From Malacoraja senta (Eukaryota): a stretch of DNA of 60,000 nucleotides. Below are positions 36,525-49,224 of the stretch, in pieces. Location: the NCBI GenBank assembly GCA_038087875.1, contig CM075989.1, positions 15,192,001 through 15,252,000 on the forward strand, given 5' to 3'. The notes beneath the pieces were generated by a model, which was not told the DNA's origin, searched no databases, and was given only the letters and a program-made list of their open reading frames with translations. The position numbers and the translations under genes were made by a program. How positions within the stretch are numbered: the stretch's first letter is position 1; each line of letters opens with the position of its first letter.

Positions 36525-37192
36525 TAATTATCATCCTCTGACATTCAATGGCATTATCATTACTAAATCCCCAATTATCAAAACCCTGGGATTACCACTG
36601 ACCAGAAACTGAACTGGAGTAGTCATTTACATAATGTAGCTAGAAGAGTAGGTCAGAGCCTTGGAATCGTACAGTGAGTAATTCACCTAATTCCCCAAAT
36701 CCTGGTCACCATCTACAACTGAAGTCAGGATAGAAATACTCTCCACTTGCCTGGATGAGTGCAGTTTCAACAACACTCTAGAAGGTCAACACCATACAGG
36801 ACGCCATACCATAGCCGACTTGAAAGGCACGCCATTCACAACCATTCACTCACTCTTCCACCGGAACACAAGAGCAGCAGTTTGTACCATCTGCAGGATG
36901 CACTGCAGCTAACTCACTAAGACTCCTTAGACAGCACCTTTGAAAACCATGACCTCTACCAGCTAGAAGAACAAGGGCAGAAAAAGAATGGAAACACCAC
37001 AGTGTAAGTTGTCCTCCAAGCCACACACCATCATGACAGAAATATATCACTGTTTCTTCACCTTGAACTCTTTCCAAAACTGCATTGTGGATATACCAAA
37101 CCTCAGGGATTGCACTGGTTCAAGATGGCAGCTTACCACTGCCTTCTCAGGGGCAATTAGGGTTGCGCAATGCCTACATCCCTTGAATGAAT
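36525..37192 (+). mobile_element. Old LINE 3' fragment (CR1/L2 superfamily)
   Basis: Remnant peptides DQKLNW, YSPLAWMSA and tail GGGCAATTAGGG...ACATCCCTTGAATGAAT. Confidence 0.55.
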
Positions 37193-37317
37193 AGGGGGGA
37201 AAAAAATCACCTATACCAGTATTCCTTCTCCTTTTACAGATAGTTTGTTTTACAGATACAGACATGTTGATCTATTATATTGCTGAATGTCTCAAATAGT
37301 TGAATATCTGTGTTTAG

Positions 37318-37394
37318 AAGGGACAAGAGGAAATGTTTTCTCAATCAACGCCACAGTATGAAACATCTGCATTAATGGACAAAGAGAAACTGAG
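37318..37394 (+). CDS. TEX9: TEX9 coding exon 4 (KGQEEMFSQSTPQYETSALMDKEKL)
   Basis: TAG acceptor, AG|GTAACA donor, phase 0 to 2, open frame. Confidence 0.75.
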
Positions 37395-37509
37395 GTAACA
37401 TAATTAACCTCTGAAGAAATTGATTGTTATGAATGAATATTATGCTTTATAAATATGTTTAATACATGAAAACACCCAGTCCTTTCTCAAGCAGCTTTAT
37501 GTCATCTCT

Positions 37510-37765
37510 GTTTAAGAAATAACTGCAGATGCTGGCAAATCGAAGGTAGGCACAAAATGCTGGAGTAACTCAGCGGGTGAGGCAGCGTCTATGGAAAGAA
37601 GGAATTCACTAGTCTTACTGTCTCCACCTATATTCTTTCCTTGTCCCGCCCCCTCCCCTGACATCAGTCTGAAGAAGGGTCTTGACCCGAAACGTCACCA
37701 ATTCCTTCTCTCCAGAGATGCTACCTCACCCACTGAGTTACTCCAGCATTTTGTGTCTACCTTTC
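37510..37765 (+). mobile_element. Non-coding Penelope-like insertion with best-preserved hammerhead-like core
   Basis: Inverted arm 37510-37606; core at 37669-37696; 10-bp direct repeat TGTCATCTCT at 37500-37509 and 37766-37775. Confidence 0.85.
37666..37699 (+). ncRNA. Minimal type I hammerhead ribozyme-like motif
   Basis: AGT-CTGAAGA-A-GGGTCTTGACCC(stem II)-GAAA-CG-TC-ACC; core CUGANGA/GAAA/UH present, stem III is the palindrome ACGT, stem I only 2-3 bp. Confidence 0.6.
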
Positions 37766-37989
37766 TGTCATCTCTTTTCATTTAAACAGCATGTACTCTG
37801 GTTTTCTGTTCTACCAAAGTCAATAACTTTACTACCCTATATTATACATTTTTTTCCTAATGTTTTACCATGCACATAACCTTTCTATATTCTTTACAGA
37901 TTCTTTGTCCTCCTCAAACTTGCTTTCCCACCCGTCTTTGCCTTGTAAGCAATTCCAGCTATAATACATAATTCCCATAATTATACCAA

Positions 37990-38630
37990 GACTTGCTGGA
38001 ACTCCCAGTTGTGAGCTGTTTTAATTTCTCTTCCTATTCCCATATTGATCTTTTTATTATCGGTCTCCTCCATTACCAGAGTGAGGCCACACGCAAACTG
38101 GAAGAACAGCACCCCAAATTCCGCTTGGGTGGTCAACATCCCAATGGCATGAAATTGAATTCTCCAATTTCAGGTACCCATCCCCCTACTTACCTACGTT
38201 GCCCCCTCCCCACCTCCCTCATACACCCCTTTCTCCCTCGCCCCCATCACCCAGTTTCATTTTCCTCCTCAGTTTGCTCTGCTCCCTCTCCCGTACCTTA
38301 TTTTCCTCTTCCCCTGTTCCCTTTCCACCTGCTGTCCCCCTTTCACTTTTACATTTGTCTCCATATCTGCACTCTTTTGACTCCATTTCACCTCTAGGTT
38401 TTGTTATCATCTCCAACATCTGCCGATCACCCCTTCTAACCTGCATTCACCTATGACTTGCCATTTCTACCCACACTCCTTTCCCTCATCTTTTTTTACC
38501 AGCTATCTCCCCTCAGGTTCATGAGTCTGAAGAAGGTTCCCGACCCAAATCCTCATCTATCTACTTTCCTCCTCCAGGACTTTGCTTTTTGCTCAAAATT
38601 CCAGCATCTGTCTCCTGACCTTGCAGTTCA
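37990..38630 (+). mobile_element. Penelope-like element 3' fragment (GIY-YIG C-terminus + UTR + decayed core at 38524-38550)
   Basis: ELPVVSCFNFSSYSHIDLFIIGLLHYQSEATRKLEEQHPKFRLGGQHPNGM. Confidence 0.8.
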
Positions 38631-40269
38631 CTTGGAGCATGCTTCCATCTCCTTGTGCCCCAATAACCACAGATTTCAGTCCTCATCAGTGATCAAATCC
38701 TGTCCTGACATTGATCCTGAACGTTGGTCCCTGCACACTATAACTCTAGGCCCTGTTAAAATCTTACCATTTAAATTTATTTTCTTTCTAACTCTTTTTC
38801 TTGATATTTTGAGAGTGATTGCAGCAGTTTTATGACTGCTTAATCTAGTCAATCTGTATGCCCTCCTACAGCATTTCATTCTGTAGGTCACAATTGGACA
38901 GTAATTGTGTTCTCAACAAATTTAATTATAATGCCTTTAATTTTTAGTTCCATTTCATTTATGTTTATAGCAAACAAGTGCAGCCCCAACACAGCCCCTT
39001 ATGAAACACTACGCCATTATGTCAACTACCCTTTAGCTTTATGGCCTCTAGGCATCTCTTTATTTAATTGACTGTAATCCTCTTGATTTCATGGGTCATT
39101 ACCATTGCAATGATTCTTTGATGATATTTATTAATTCATTTTTGAAAATTCATATTATCTATTCTTTCTTTAAATTAAAATACTTGAATTCCTGACCTTT
39201 AATATAAACATTTGTACTAACTGCTTTCATAATTCTCCAGTGATTAGTAATTAGCCAATATTTGCTTTTAATTCCTTTGAAACTTTGGTTAGCCTTTTGC
39301 CACACTCAAATCAGAAATGTTATTGTTTTATTTCTAGTTTCTTGGTTTGTACATCTTTGGTGATTTCAGAAGTTTGTATCACTTCTTTTGTTTTACTTTT
39401 GTGAATAATAGCCTCCACTAACTGTTCTACGCCCACTTCACCAATTTCCACTTCCTTTGCTAGCTGAGACAAAATACTTACATTGTTTTTCTGCCATTTC
39501 TTTGTTCTCTTTTAGAAGTTTTCCCTCCTCCATCTCTCTCTGACTCACCGAGTGCTATAAAAACTGTCTGTCGCATTTGTGGTTTTGCTGCACTGACTGG
39601 GTCACACATTTCTTATCTTCTCTCAATGCACTTATGTGAACTTTTAATGAACTAATTTCTCTCCAGCTGTGTGACATTAATTAAATATTCTAAAAACTAA
39701 CATAATTGTGAATAATATTGCAGAGACGTTGTCAAGATAATGAAGTTGGCATTTTCCCAGTTTTAAAACAAACATGTTTATATTTCCACCAAAAGCTTGT
39801 TTATATTAATTAATAAGCTTTAATATTTGAAAACAATGTTAAGTGGGTAGGAGGAACAAGTAGAATATGACAAATTATAACTTTTTTATAATTCTAACAT
39901 AGCAATTAACCATATGAGAATGCACTGCCATCTTCTGTTCAGACAAATCATTAGTTAATCTGCAAAATGTAATGCTTTTGATGAAAGCAAGTAGTAGGTT
40001 AAGGTGTGTGAGCCAAAGACATTTATACTTCTAATGCACCATCCATTAAGTACTGATACCACAAATGTGCTCAGTCCAACTGTTGGTCAAAGATTCAATG
40101 CTTTCACATGCAGTGGATAATAATAAGCGAGTTTGATATTCCGAAAAACGCAAGGAATCATGGGATTTGTCAAAGGTCATTCGCCATAAAGAAAAAGCGA
40201 TCGAAGCACTGCCTTTATAAACTGTATAAATTCTTATCTTTATTCATAATTTATGTGTAAAAATATATT

Positions 40270-41250
40270 TAATCTGAGGAACGGGGTGCCAGGTAGCGGG
40301 AGAGCGGGGTGTAACAGCGAGAGAGAGAGAGAGGGCAGATGTGAGTGGGAGACAGGGGAGAGACATTCGCGGCTGCTGCGCGCACACAACCCGTGCCTCA
40401 TCCACAGCCAGGATCGAACCCGGGTCCCCAGCACCACAAAAGCTGCCGATCCACCACTGGGCCCTCCCCGAGTGTTCCATCCCCGCCTGGGGGACGGCCG
40501 GGGCGACCCCGGAACGACAGGACACTGGTGGCCCCAGGCCCACAGCCAGCGTGGAGAAGAAGCGCCAACCCCAGCTCAACTCCGCCTGGCCAACCGACAG
40601 CCCCAGACCGACGGGACACCGGCAGCCCCAGGCCCACAGCCAGCGCGGAGAAGAAGCACCAACTTCAACCCAACCCCGCTCCAACTCCCGAGGAACCCGC
40701 TCCCCAACAGGCCGGGGCCCGCCAGCCGCACACCCCGCCCCACCCAGCAGCTGTCGGCCAACCCCCCCGGTGCCAGCGAAAGCCAAGCACTCACCATCAA
40801 CAGGGATACACACAAAACGCTGCAGCAACTCAGCTGGACATGCAGCAACCCCGGAGAAAAGGAATGGGTGACATTTCAGGTCGAGACCCTTCTCCAGAGA
40901 TATTGCCTTACCCGCCGAGCCACCGCAGCACCCCGTGTGCATCCCCGCCGATGGCTGGCGCTCGGCCCCAAGGGGGCCAACCGACAAGGAGAGGCGCAGC
41001 CGACGCCCCCCCCCCCCCCGGGAGCTGGAGCAGAACCGAGCCCGAGCCAGCGCCCCCCCCCCCCCCCCCGCGCCGGCTGCAAGTCCAGGGCCACCGGTGC
41101 TCCGCCAGCCCAGGGCCACTCTGGACACCTCCGGCCGCCCCCAAGCAACTCAACAGCGCCCGCAGCGCCGGAGACCCAGGCCCGACCCCGAGCACGGACG
41201 AAATGCAGGTCTGCACCTTCGCTTACCGAAGCATAAAGCAATAAAAACGA
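40270..41250. promoter_or_regulatory. CpG island inside TEX9 intron 4 (candidate promoter/enhancer)
   Basis: ~1 kb of very high GC/CpG in an AT-rich intron; only small parts are SINE (~40405-40465) or Penelope-like (~40805-40900). Confidence 0.6.
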
Positions 41251-42097
41251 CAAAATCATCGTAGCTAGGTAAAGGAACAAAAAATAGAACTAATTCAGTT
41301 TGAAAGCAGTATTTTCTTCCCTAGAAGAATCAAAGCTGGAATATACAGATGAAACGAAGGTTCAGCTGCTCAGTTACCAACAATGTTTATGGCGAGTGAC
41401 CTATAACCTGGGCATGCGCAATCGGAATACCGAGCTCGCTTATTTGATGTATTGGAAGACCGAGAGATGGAAAAGGAATAAAATATCTGTTAAAAAAAAT
41501 GCATCCGCACCTTCAAGAGAATTGCACTTAAAGTGCCTGTCTAGTTTTTTTTTTTTTACTCATTGTCTTCATTTGGAGATTACTTATCACCACAGATCTC
41601 CCTTTAGATTTGATCACAGTTTCATTCTGACAACTGCAAAAGTGCTGGTTTATGTATAGTTAATAGGAGGTGACATCTGAGTGTAGAAAACCAGATGGTA
41701 GTTATATAGTCCACCTCCTGAGATACATGCCTTAATTTTTACATGATGTGTGATTTAGCAATCCAATTAACATCACACTAAATTAATTCAAAGCAAGGAT
41801 AGTGATTTTAGATTAAATAGAAACATACACTCAGACATAAACAATGAGTTTAAAACTGAAATTTAAGTATTTGAGTATCTAAGTTGTTGCATAATTTAAT
41901 ACGGTAATCTGCAGATAAATATGTGGAGCGAAACTTGAATTTAACAGTATTCTTCCAATACAGATTTAAAAGTAATATAATTAGTCATTTTGTTCATTTA
42001 GCGCCTGGATGAAATTATTTGGCCTACATATTTAAGGTAATTTAAAAGGTCAACAAATGGGAAAATATGTATTAATATACTGCTTTTTCTTTCCCAG

Positions 42098-42146
42098 AGA
42101 ATTGTTTTCTTTTGCCGGATCATCTTCTGAAAATAAAGTAACAAAG
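42098..42146 (+). CDS. TEX9: TEX9 coding exon 5 (ELFSFAGSSSENKVTK)
   Basis: Polypyrimidine tract + CAG acceptor, AAG|GTACCA donor, phase 2 to 0 bridges exons 4 and 6; sequence itself poorly conserved. Confidence 0.65.
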
Positions 42147-43419
42147 GTACCACAATAACTGAAAAATCTAGGCATGCATTTATTATACTTCATATTTAAT
42201 TAATTTGGAAGCAAACTGTAATTTAACCCAAGAGCTATCTTGGATAGAACTTTAAAGGCACATGACAATTAATAGCATCAAATATTATTAATGATTTAGA
42301 GAAAATGAAAATGTTTGCTGAAACTAACTGAAAATCCGATGATGTTTTTTCTTCATTTGTGCTTCTCTTTACATTGGTATATTACAGGAAAATACCATTG
42401 TTTATTTATATTTGGTCCAACCATATGATTCATTTACTCCACGATGATGTCGCTTGGAAAGGGCACAATTTTAATCAATTTAGGAAAATTTGGGAGCTGC
42501 TATTATAACCAGCATAAGTTTTGCTTGATTGCATTAGATATTTCAGAAGGCTAGTATTAATTATCATTCCAACAAACTAACAATTTAACTGACGATGATA
42601 GCACAGGAATATAGTACATTATTACTAGGTACAGTGCTTGAAGTTTAAAATTCTTTCTCTTGTCTTGAAAACCCTTAGAAGTTTGCCACTTACTAATTCC
42701 AGAAGCAATTCTATTTTTACTACTCCTTTTTCTGAGTTCTCTGTTGTCCTTGTGCCTCTTCAATTTGCCATTGGCTTTCAATTATCTTGACCTGCTTGCT
42801 GATATTCTTCCTTCCCTAATCTACATCTTTTAAATTCTTCCTTGAAATGTATTAACTTCTTGATCAAGGCTTTATTTACTCTTCCTAATCTCTTTCCATA
42901 TGCCTTTGTGACATAGGTGTCTATTTCAGCCATAAAATAATAGGTTTGCTCACAGTAATCGCATTTCCCATTAACTTTGCGGTAAACTATTCTTTGCGTG
43001 TTCCCGTCAATTGCACCATTCCCTCCCCTGATACATACCTGAGGTCACAGAATCGTAGAGCTTATACAGCACGGAAACAAGCACTTCGACCAACCTTGTC
43101 CATGCCAACCAAGTTGGCATGGCATACTGGGCTAGTCCAATTTGATTGCATTTGATTACACTTCAGTCACTTGCCCAACCTTGTTCCCTTAGAAGAAGAC
43201 CTCTCTAGCAGGGCTCTCTATTTCTTGAGTAAGGAAGCATTCTTGGACACACTCAAGAAATCTCACCCTGTCCAAGCCCTTTACAGAATGGAAGAGACCC
43301 GTCAATATTTTGGAAATCTCCCACCAACACAGCCATATTATTTTTTCAGCTATCTGCAATCTCCTAATATATCTGCTTGTTAATGCAGCCTCATCAAAGT
43401 GAACATCCTGCTTCGAAGT

Positions 43420-43620
43420 TACAATGGCAAATTAATTTACAATCCAAGATCTTTGGAAGGTGTGAGGAAAGCAGAGTACCCAGGAGAAAATTATGCATTC
43501 ACAGGAAGAAGATGCAAGCTCCATACAGACCACACCAGTTCCTATACAGCGCCAGTCAGGTTGAACTCGGGTCACTGGAACTATGAGACAGCAGTTCTTC
43601 TTGCTGTGCCAGTTTGCTGC
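43420..43620 (-). mobile_element. V-domain SINE fragment
   Basis: GTGAGGAAAGCAGAGTACCC..TGCAAGCTCCATACAGAC..GGTTGAACTCGGG. Confidence 0.65.
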
Positions 43621-44104
43621 CAGTCCTTTCTATTTTTTATGAGCCTTCAGTTAGTGCTTTAAAAGGCTCTGAATAAATGTGATTTTTCCAAATTAACATT
43701 TTCTAATTTCAGCCACATTTGGCAATGATACCAAGGAAAGCAAACTGTTGACCTAATAAAGTAGGAGAAAAATAATATACAAAAATAGGAAGCCAAAAAA
43801 AATAAGCTGTGCAAGCATCCTAATGAGTACCCGTGTGTTGCTTTCTTTTTAGCTGAAATGTGAATGCATAGAGCACATACAAACCACTTCACTCACTTAT
43901 TCATTTTCATTTTCCTTGTTGAGTAACCAATGTAACAATGCAGAAAAATGTAATTTTGGATTTAGTAATTTGCTGTCCCCAAATTTTAAATGATCAGATG
44001 CCAATATTGATATTCTAACAATTTGCTTTTATAACAAACTATGAAACAAAACTTGCCTCCCTCCTCACTGCAAAAGCAATTCATTTTGTATGAATCGCTG
44101 TATG

Positions 44105-44362
44105 AATTGTGGAAACAGGCCCTTCGGTCCAACTTGCCCACACCGGTCAACATGTTCCAGCTACACTAGTCCCACCTGCCAGCATTTAGTCCATATCCCT
44201 CCAAACCTCTCCAATCCATGTACCTGTCTAACTGCTTCTTAAATGTTGAGATAATCCCTGCATCAACTACCTCCTCTGGCAGCTTGTTCCAAACATCCAT
44301 CACCCTTTGTGTAAAAAAGTTACCCCTCAGATTCCTATTAAATATTTTCCCCTTCACCTTAA
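44105..44362 (-). mobile_element. CR1-type LINE 3' end
   Basis: FNRNLRGNFFTQRVMDVWNKLPEEVV..FKKQLDRYM. Confidence 0.8.
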
Positions 44363-44699
44363 AATTATGGAATAAAATTATCGAATAATTTTACGAAATG
44401 CATGCTCTTACTTTATCAGTAAACCAAAATTTTCAGATAAATAAAATCTTCAGTTGTTAAATTTACCATTTTTAGCCGTATAAAGGAGATATAAACATAT
44501 ATACAGCTCTCAGAACATGCAGTGAGTAATTCTGAATTATATGCACAGTTGGAATGTACTATAGTACAAACAGCATCGCATTTATAAGAAAAGATTCTGT
44601 TACCACAAATGAGAAAATAATCCAATTTTTTAAGGAATAATGTTTTAGGAATAAGTAATGGCTTATTAATAGTGCTGTCCAGGGATCTTTTTTCACGAC

Positions 44700-45330
44700 G
44701 GGGAACAAATGGTATGCTTGCCTTCATTCGTCAGGGCATTGAATGTAAGAGTCAGGAAGTCTTATTGCAGCTTTATAAAACTTTGGTTAGGCCGCATTTG
44801 GTTTGGAGCATTGTGTGTAGTTCCGGTCTGTCTCCCCATTACAGGAAGGTGTACAGCTTTTGGAGGGGGTGCAGAAGAGCTTTACCAGGATGGTGCTTGG
44901 ATTGGAGGATATTAACTAAAAGAAGGGGTTGGACAAACTTGGATTTTTTTCTGGAGGCTGAGGAGAGACTTGATAGAAGATTATAAAGTTAAAAGAGGCA
45001 TTGATAAGGTGGACAGTCAGAACCCAGGATGCAAATGTCAAATACTAGAGGACAATGCTGTAAGGTGAGAGGAGGGAAATTTAATGGTGATGTATGGGGC
45101 GGATTTTTATATGCAGATGATGATAGGTTCCTAGAATATATTATCAGGTGTGGTGGTGGAAGCAGATACAACAGTGGCATTTAAGATACTTTTCGATAGG
45201 CACATGAATATGCAGGGAATGGAAGGATGTGGATTAAGTGCAGGCAGAAGGAATTAGTTTAATTTGGCATCATGTTACAGACTTCATGGGCTGAATGATT
45301 TGTTCCTGTGCTGCATTGTTCTATGCTCTA
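44700..45330 (+). mobile_element. Degenerate CR1-type LINE 3' fragment
   Basis: NGMLAFIRQGIECKSQEVLLQLYKTLVRPHL. Confidence 0.8.
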
Positions 45331-46674
45331 TATTGGGCTTCACTTTAATAATTTCATGCTTCATACCAAAGATGTGACAAGATAGGACTTAATGAGAACG
45401 ACGTTTGCGGCTTAAGACCCTGAAGTGAAAGCTATATCCCTAACTTTGCAGCTCAGATGCAAGAGGATTACTAATTGCAAAATCTCTTCTGTTACACCTT
45501 TGGGGGGAAAAACGGTGTTTTAAAACTTGTGTTCTCCAAGTTTATTTGATTTGTTACGACTAAATTCCAAGGAATGTCGTGGTATTTGTGATTTAGTATT
45601 TAGAACTAATATATTAAAAGGAAGAAATCAACATAAAATAGTTATAATAAAATTATTGCATTGCAATTTTGTTTTGGTGAATACAAATCACTATACTTGC
45701 TAATATGTTAACAGTCTATCAAACAATGCAATGTTTTGCTGTATAAAATGGCTTCTCACTTTGCAAGTTTGATATAATAAATTGTGACATTAAATAAATA
45801 ATATCCCAATTGTGCACCCGATGGCATGGTATTGAGTAAGCAATATATGACAAGATATTGATTGGTCATATTAATCATATTATTTAAGTTATTTCTACCA
45901 GTAAATACTGATGTCTGTTGTCTCCACCATTTAGGATTTCTATATATTCTAAAAGTAAATAAGTTGAACTATTTATCCTGTTTATAAATTATTTTTTAAT
46001 GTTTCAATTGTTTCTAAATTCACATGGTTCATGTGAATTAAAGATGAAAAGCTCCTATGAAGTATTACATATAAATGTGCTGTTTAAAATAATGGATATT
46101 TGTTGATCATAAAGCATATCTTCGGTCAGCAGCAAATTCAACACTACTACTTTCTGTCCATGTGAGAATATGACTATACTTTATAAATTAACTACTGAAT
46201 GATGGATGTGAAAATTGGTGAGCGATTAGGCTAGGGACTCCAAACATGATTACCTGCTGCTCTTTGAATAGATAAAGTACTCAGATTTCTCCATGAATAG
46301 CCTAGACAGCCAATCATTTTAAACACCAAAGTCAATATGCCTTCAATAGCTCTGTTAAAATACTGATGTATTTCCTATGCGGTTACTTAAATACAGATGG
46401 TGTAGTTTGCATTGCAGTTGCATAAATAAAAATGCCTTCACTCACTGATAGAATTACATGTGAAACACATTTTGTTGAAGTGAGGAAACATCCAGCATTT
46501 TCATATGTTACACTGTATGTTGTGGAAATAGGCATTTTTTGAAGGTATGAACTTGCAATGGATTTTAGATAGAAATTATATATTAAAACAATTTACTTAT
46601 AAAACTTGTAATTACAGTACCCAACTGTATATCTAAATTATTAATTGGAATTATGCATCAACTATGTAAGGCAT

Positions 46675-46860
46675 CTTGGTGGTTCGGCAGTTCGCACTGC
46701 CTCTCATAGCTCTTAACAACCTGGGTTCAATCCTGACCTCGAAAGCCGCCTGTGTGGAGTTTGCATGTTCTTCTCATGACTGGACAGGTTTCAGGGTTTT
46801 CTCCCATATATCAAAAACCTGCTGAGAGGTTAATTGGTTTCCGTAAATTACATGAGTGTA
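46675..46860 (+). mobile_element. V-domain SINE fragment
   Basis: B-box GGGTTCAATCC then TGTGTGGAGTTTGCATGTTCT. Confidence 0.65.
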
Positions 46861-47099
46861 GGTAAATGGTAAAAATAATTAAATAGTTGGAGAGTAATGC
46901 AATGGGATTACCTTGTCGGCAGATGGTAGCCAAATAGCTTCTTGCATCGCTATAAGTAATTATGGCCAAAATTTTTATTTTATATAGCCACCAACCATTT
47001 GTAATTTGCAAGGGATTAGTTTGACTTTGTCTTTATTTAAAAAAAACTTTCAAGTGCATTTGTTTTCTCACTCTCTTTTTCCATTCATTAAAAAACAAT

Positions 47100-48690
47100 C
47101 TGACACTAAAGTGGCTGATATTGTAGTCAGAGCAGATGGTTATCAAAAGTTACAGCAGGATCTTGATCAGGTGGGCCGAGAAATTCATATAAGTGAGAGG
47201 TATTGCAAGTGTTGTAGAGCAGATGAATCTTGGAGTGTGGGTACATAGTTCCCTGAAAGTGGTGTCACAGGTAGATAGGATAATCAAGAAGGCTTTTGGT
47301 ACATTGGCCTTCTTCAGTAAGCATACTGAATATAGAAAGATAGACACAAAGTAAGTCAGTAGGTCAGGCAGCATCTCTGCAGAAAAATGATAGGTGATGT
47401 TTCAGGTGGGGAACCTTCTTCAAACTGAAAATAAGGGGTGGAGGCAGGGGAGGGGGGTTGGGGCGAGAAAAGACCAGGAACAATCAGGACTGGCCACAAA
47501 TGACCGCGGGCATGGCAATGCCTGGTCGGTCCATTGTTGGCTAGTGAAGGTGTGATCTCAAGAGGTAAAAATAATATGGAGAACTGTGGAACTGGTGAAA
47601 CAACTAGGTGGAGGAAGGGAGCAAGGGGGGAGGGGGAGGAGGAGGAGAGTGGAGTGAAAGTAGAAGGTACTTAAAATTAGATAATTCAATGTTCATACCA
47701 CTGAGTTGTAAGCTACCCAAGCGAAATATGAGGTGATGTTCCTCCAATTTACATGTGGCCTCCCTCTGGCAATGGAGGAGGCCCAGGACAGAATGTGAAA
47801 GGGAGTTGAAATCTTGGCAACCGGGAGATCCCGTAAGCCTAGGCGGACTGAGCGTAAGTGTTCTGCTAAATGCTCGCCGAGTCTACGTTTGGTGTTGCCA
47901 ATGTACAGGACTCCGCATTGGGAACACTAATGCAGTAGATGAGGTTAAATGAGGTACATGTAAACCTCTGATGAAGGGTCCCAATCTGAAACGTCGCCCA
48001 TCTTTTCTTCCCAGAGGTGCTGCCTGACCCACTGAGTTACCCCAGCACTTTGTGTCTATCTTCGGTATAAAACAGCATCTGCAGTTCTTTGCTTCCCTAT
48101 ATTGAAAATAAAAGATGGGATGTTATGTAACAATTGTACAAGACATTGTTGAGGCCGCATTTGGAGTATCGGTCGCCCTGCTACAGGAAGGATGTTGGGA
48201 AGCTGGAAAGAGTCTAGAGAAGATTTATGAGAATGTTGCCAGGATATGAGGGCTTGAGCTACCGGGAGTAGTGGGGCAGGCTAGGACTTATTCCTTGGTG
48301 TGCAGGAGGCTGAGGGTGATCTTATGGAAATGTAAAAAATCATGAGTGGAATAGATAGGGTAAATGCACAGTCTTTTATACAGAGTAAGGGAATCAAGAT
48401 CCAGAGGACATAGGTTTAAGGTGCGAGGGGGAAAAATTTAATAGGAACCTGAAGGGCGATTTCTCATGCAGAGGGTGGTGGGTTTATGGAACAAGCTGCC
48501 AGAGGAGGAAGTTAAGACAGGTACTATAACATTATTTAAAAGACATTTGGACAAATACATAGATAAGAAAGATTTAGAGGGACATGGGCCTCTAAATTAG
48601 GGCAGATAGGACTAGTGTAGATGGGGCATCTTGGCCGGCTTGGGCAATTTGAGCTGAAGGGCTTATTTCAATGCTGTATGATTCTATGGC
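47100..48690 (+). mobile_element. Degenerate CR1-type LINE split by a Penelope-like insertion
   Basis: DTKV..YQKLQQDLDQ at left, continues after 48100 with GAGGCCGCATTTGGAGTAT and CR1 3' end. Confidence 0.75.
47338..48097 (-). mobile_element. Penelope-like element with near-complete GIY-YIG endonuclease remnant (47671-47966) and inverted terminal repeats
   Basis: Minus strand reads RFTCTSFNLIYCI/CSQCGVLYIGNTKRRLGEHLAEHLRSVR..LPVA..LGLLHCQREATCKLEEHHLIFRLGSLQLSGMNIE; hammerhead-like cores at 47393-47426 (-) and 47968-47996 (+, CTGATGA). Confidence 0.88.
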
Positions 48691-49224
48691 AATACACAAA
48701 TAAAGTTATCAACTTTAAAAGCAGTCAAATCAATGATTCTTTAAAAAGACATATGAAACCCAATTATTTCTTCAATGAATCCTGTATAAAAATAATAATT
48801 AGAATAAAAATATAAACTTTCATAATGATGACAGTGACAATGTTTTTTAAATTGCTCTTCCAAACATCTTGGTTCCTTTCTTGTAAATGCTTTCTATGTT
48901 GTTTTCTACAACTTGAAAACTTCAATAGGCCAAATATGTTACATGTATCCATGATTGTAGGGTATGCTGAATGCAAAGATGATTTGCTTGCTTTAAAACA
49001 AATATATGCAGTTCACACCGTGGCTTCTTAACTTGTTTTCTAATTATAATCTTGCTGTGAGTGACCTACTTTACACGTAACAGGAAGTTGTTGTTTTTGT
49101 CAATCATTGTTGCTTTATAAAATGTCTTGCTTTGTTGAAAGTCATATCTATGTGTCGTTGGTTTTTTTGTTGGTTAACATAATTAATTGGGGGGTTTTTC
49201 ACTCCTATTTTACCTGTATTGATA

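Noticed and set aside
40244..41280. ORFs of ~300 aa on both strands
   Set aside because: Low-complexity Pro/Ala/Gly/Arg products of a CpG island, run through SINE and Penelope fragments, no domain recognised
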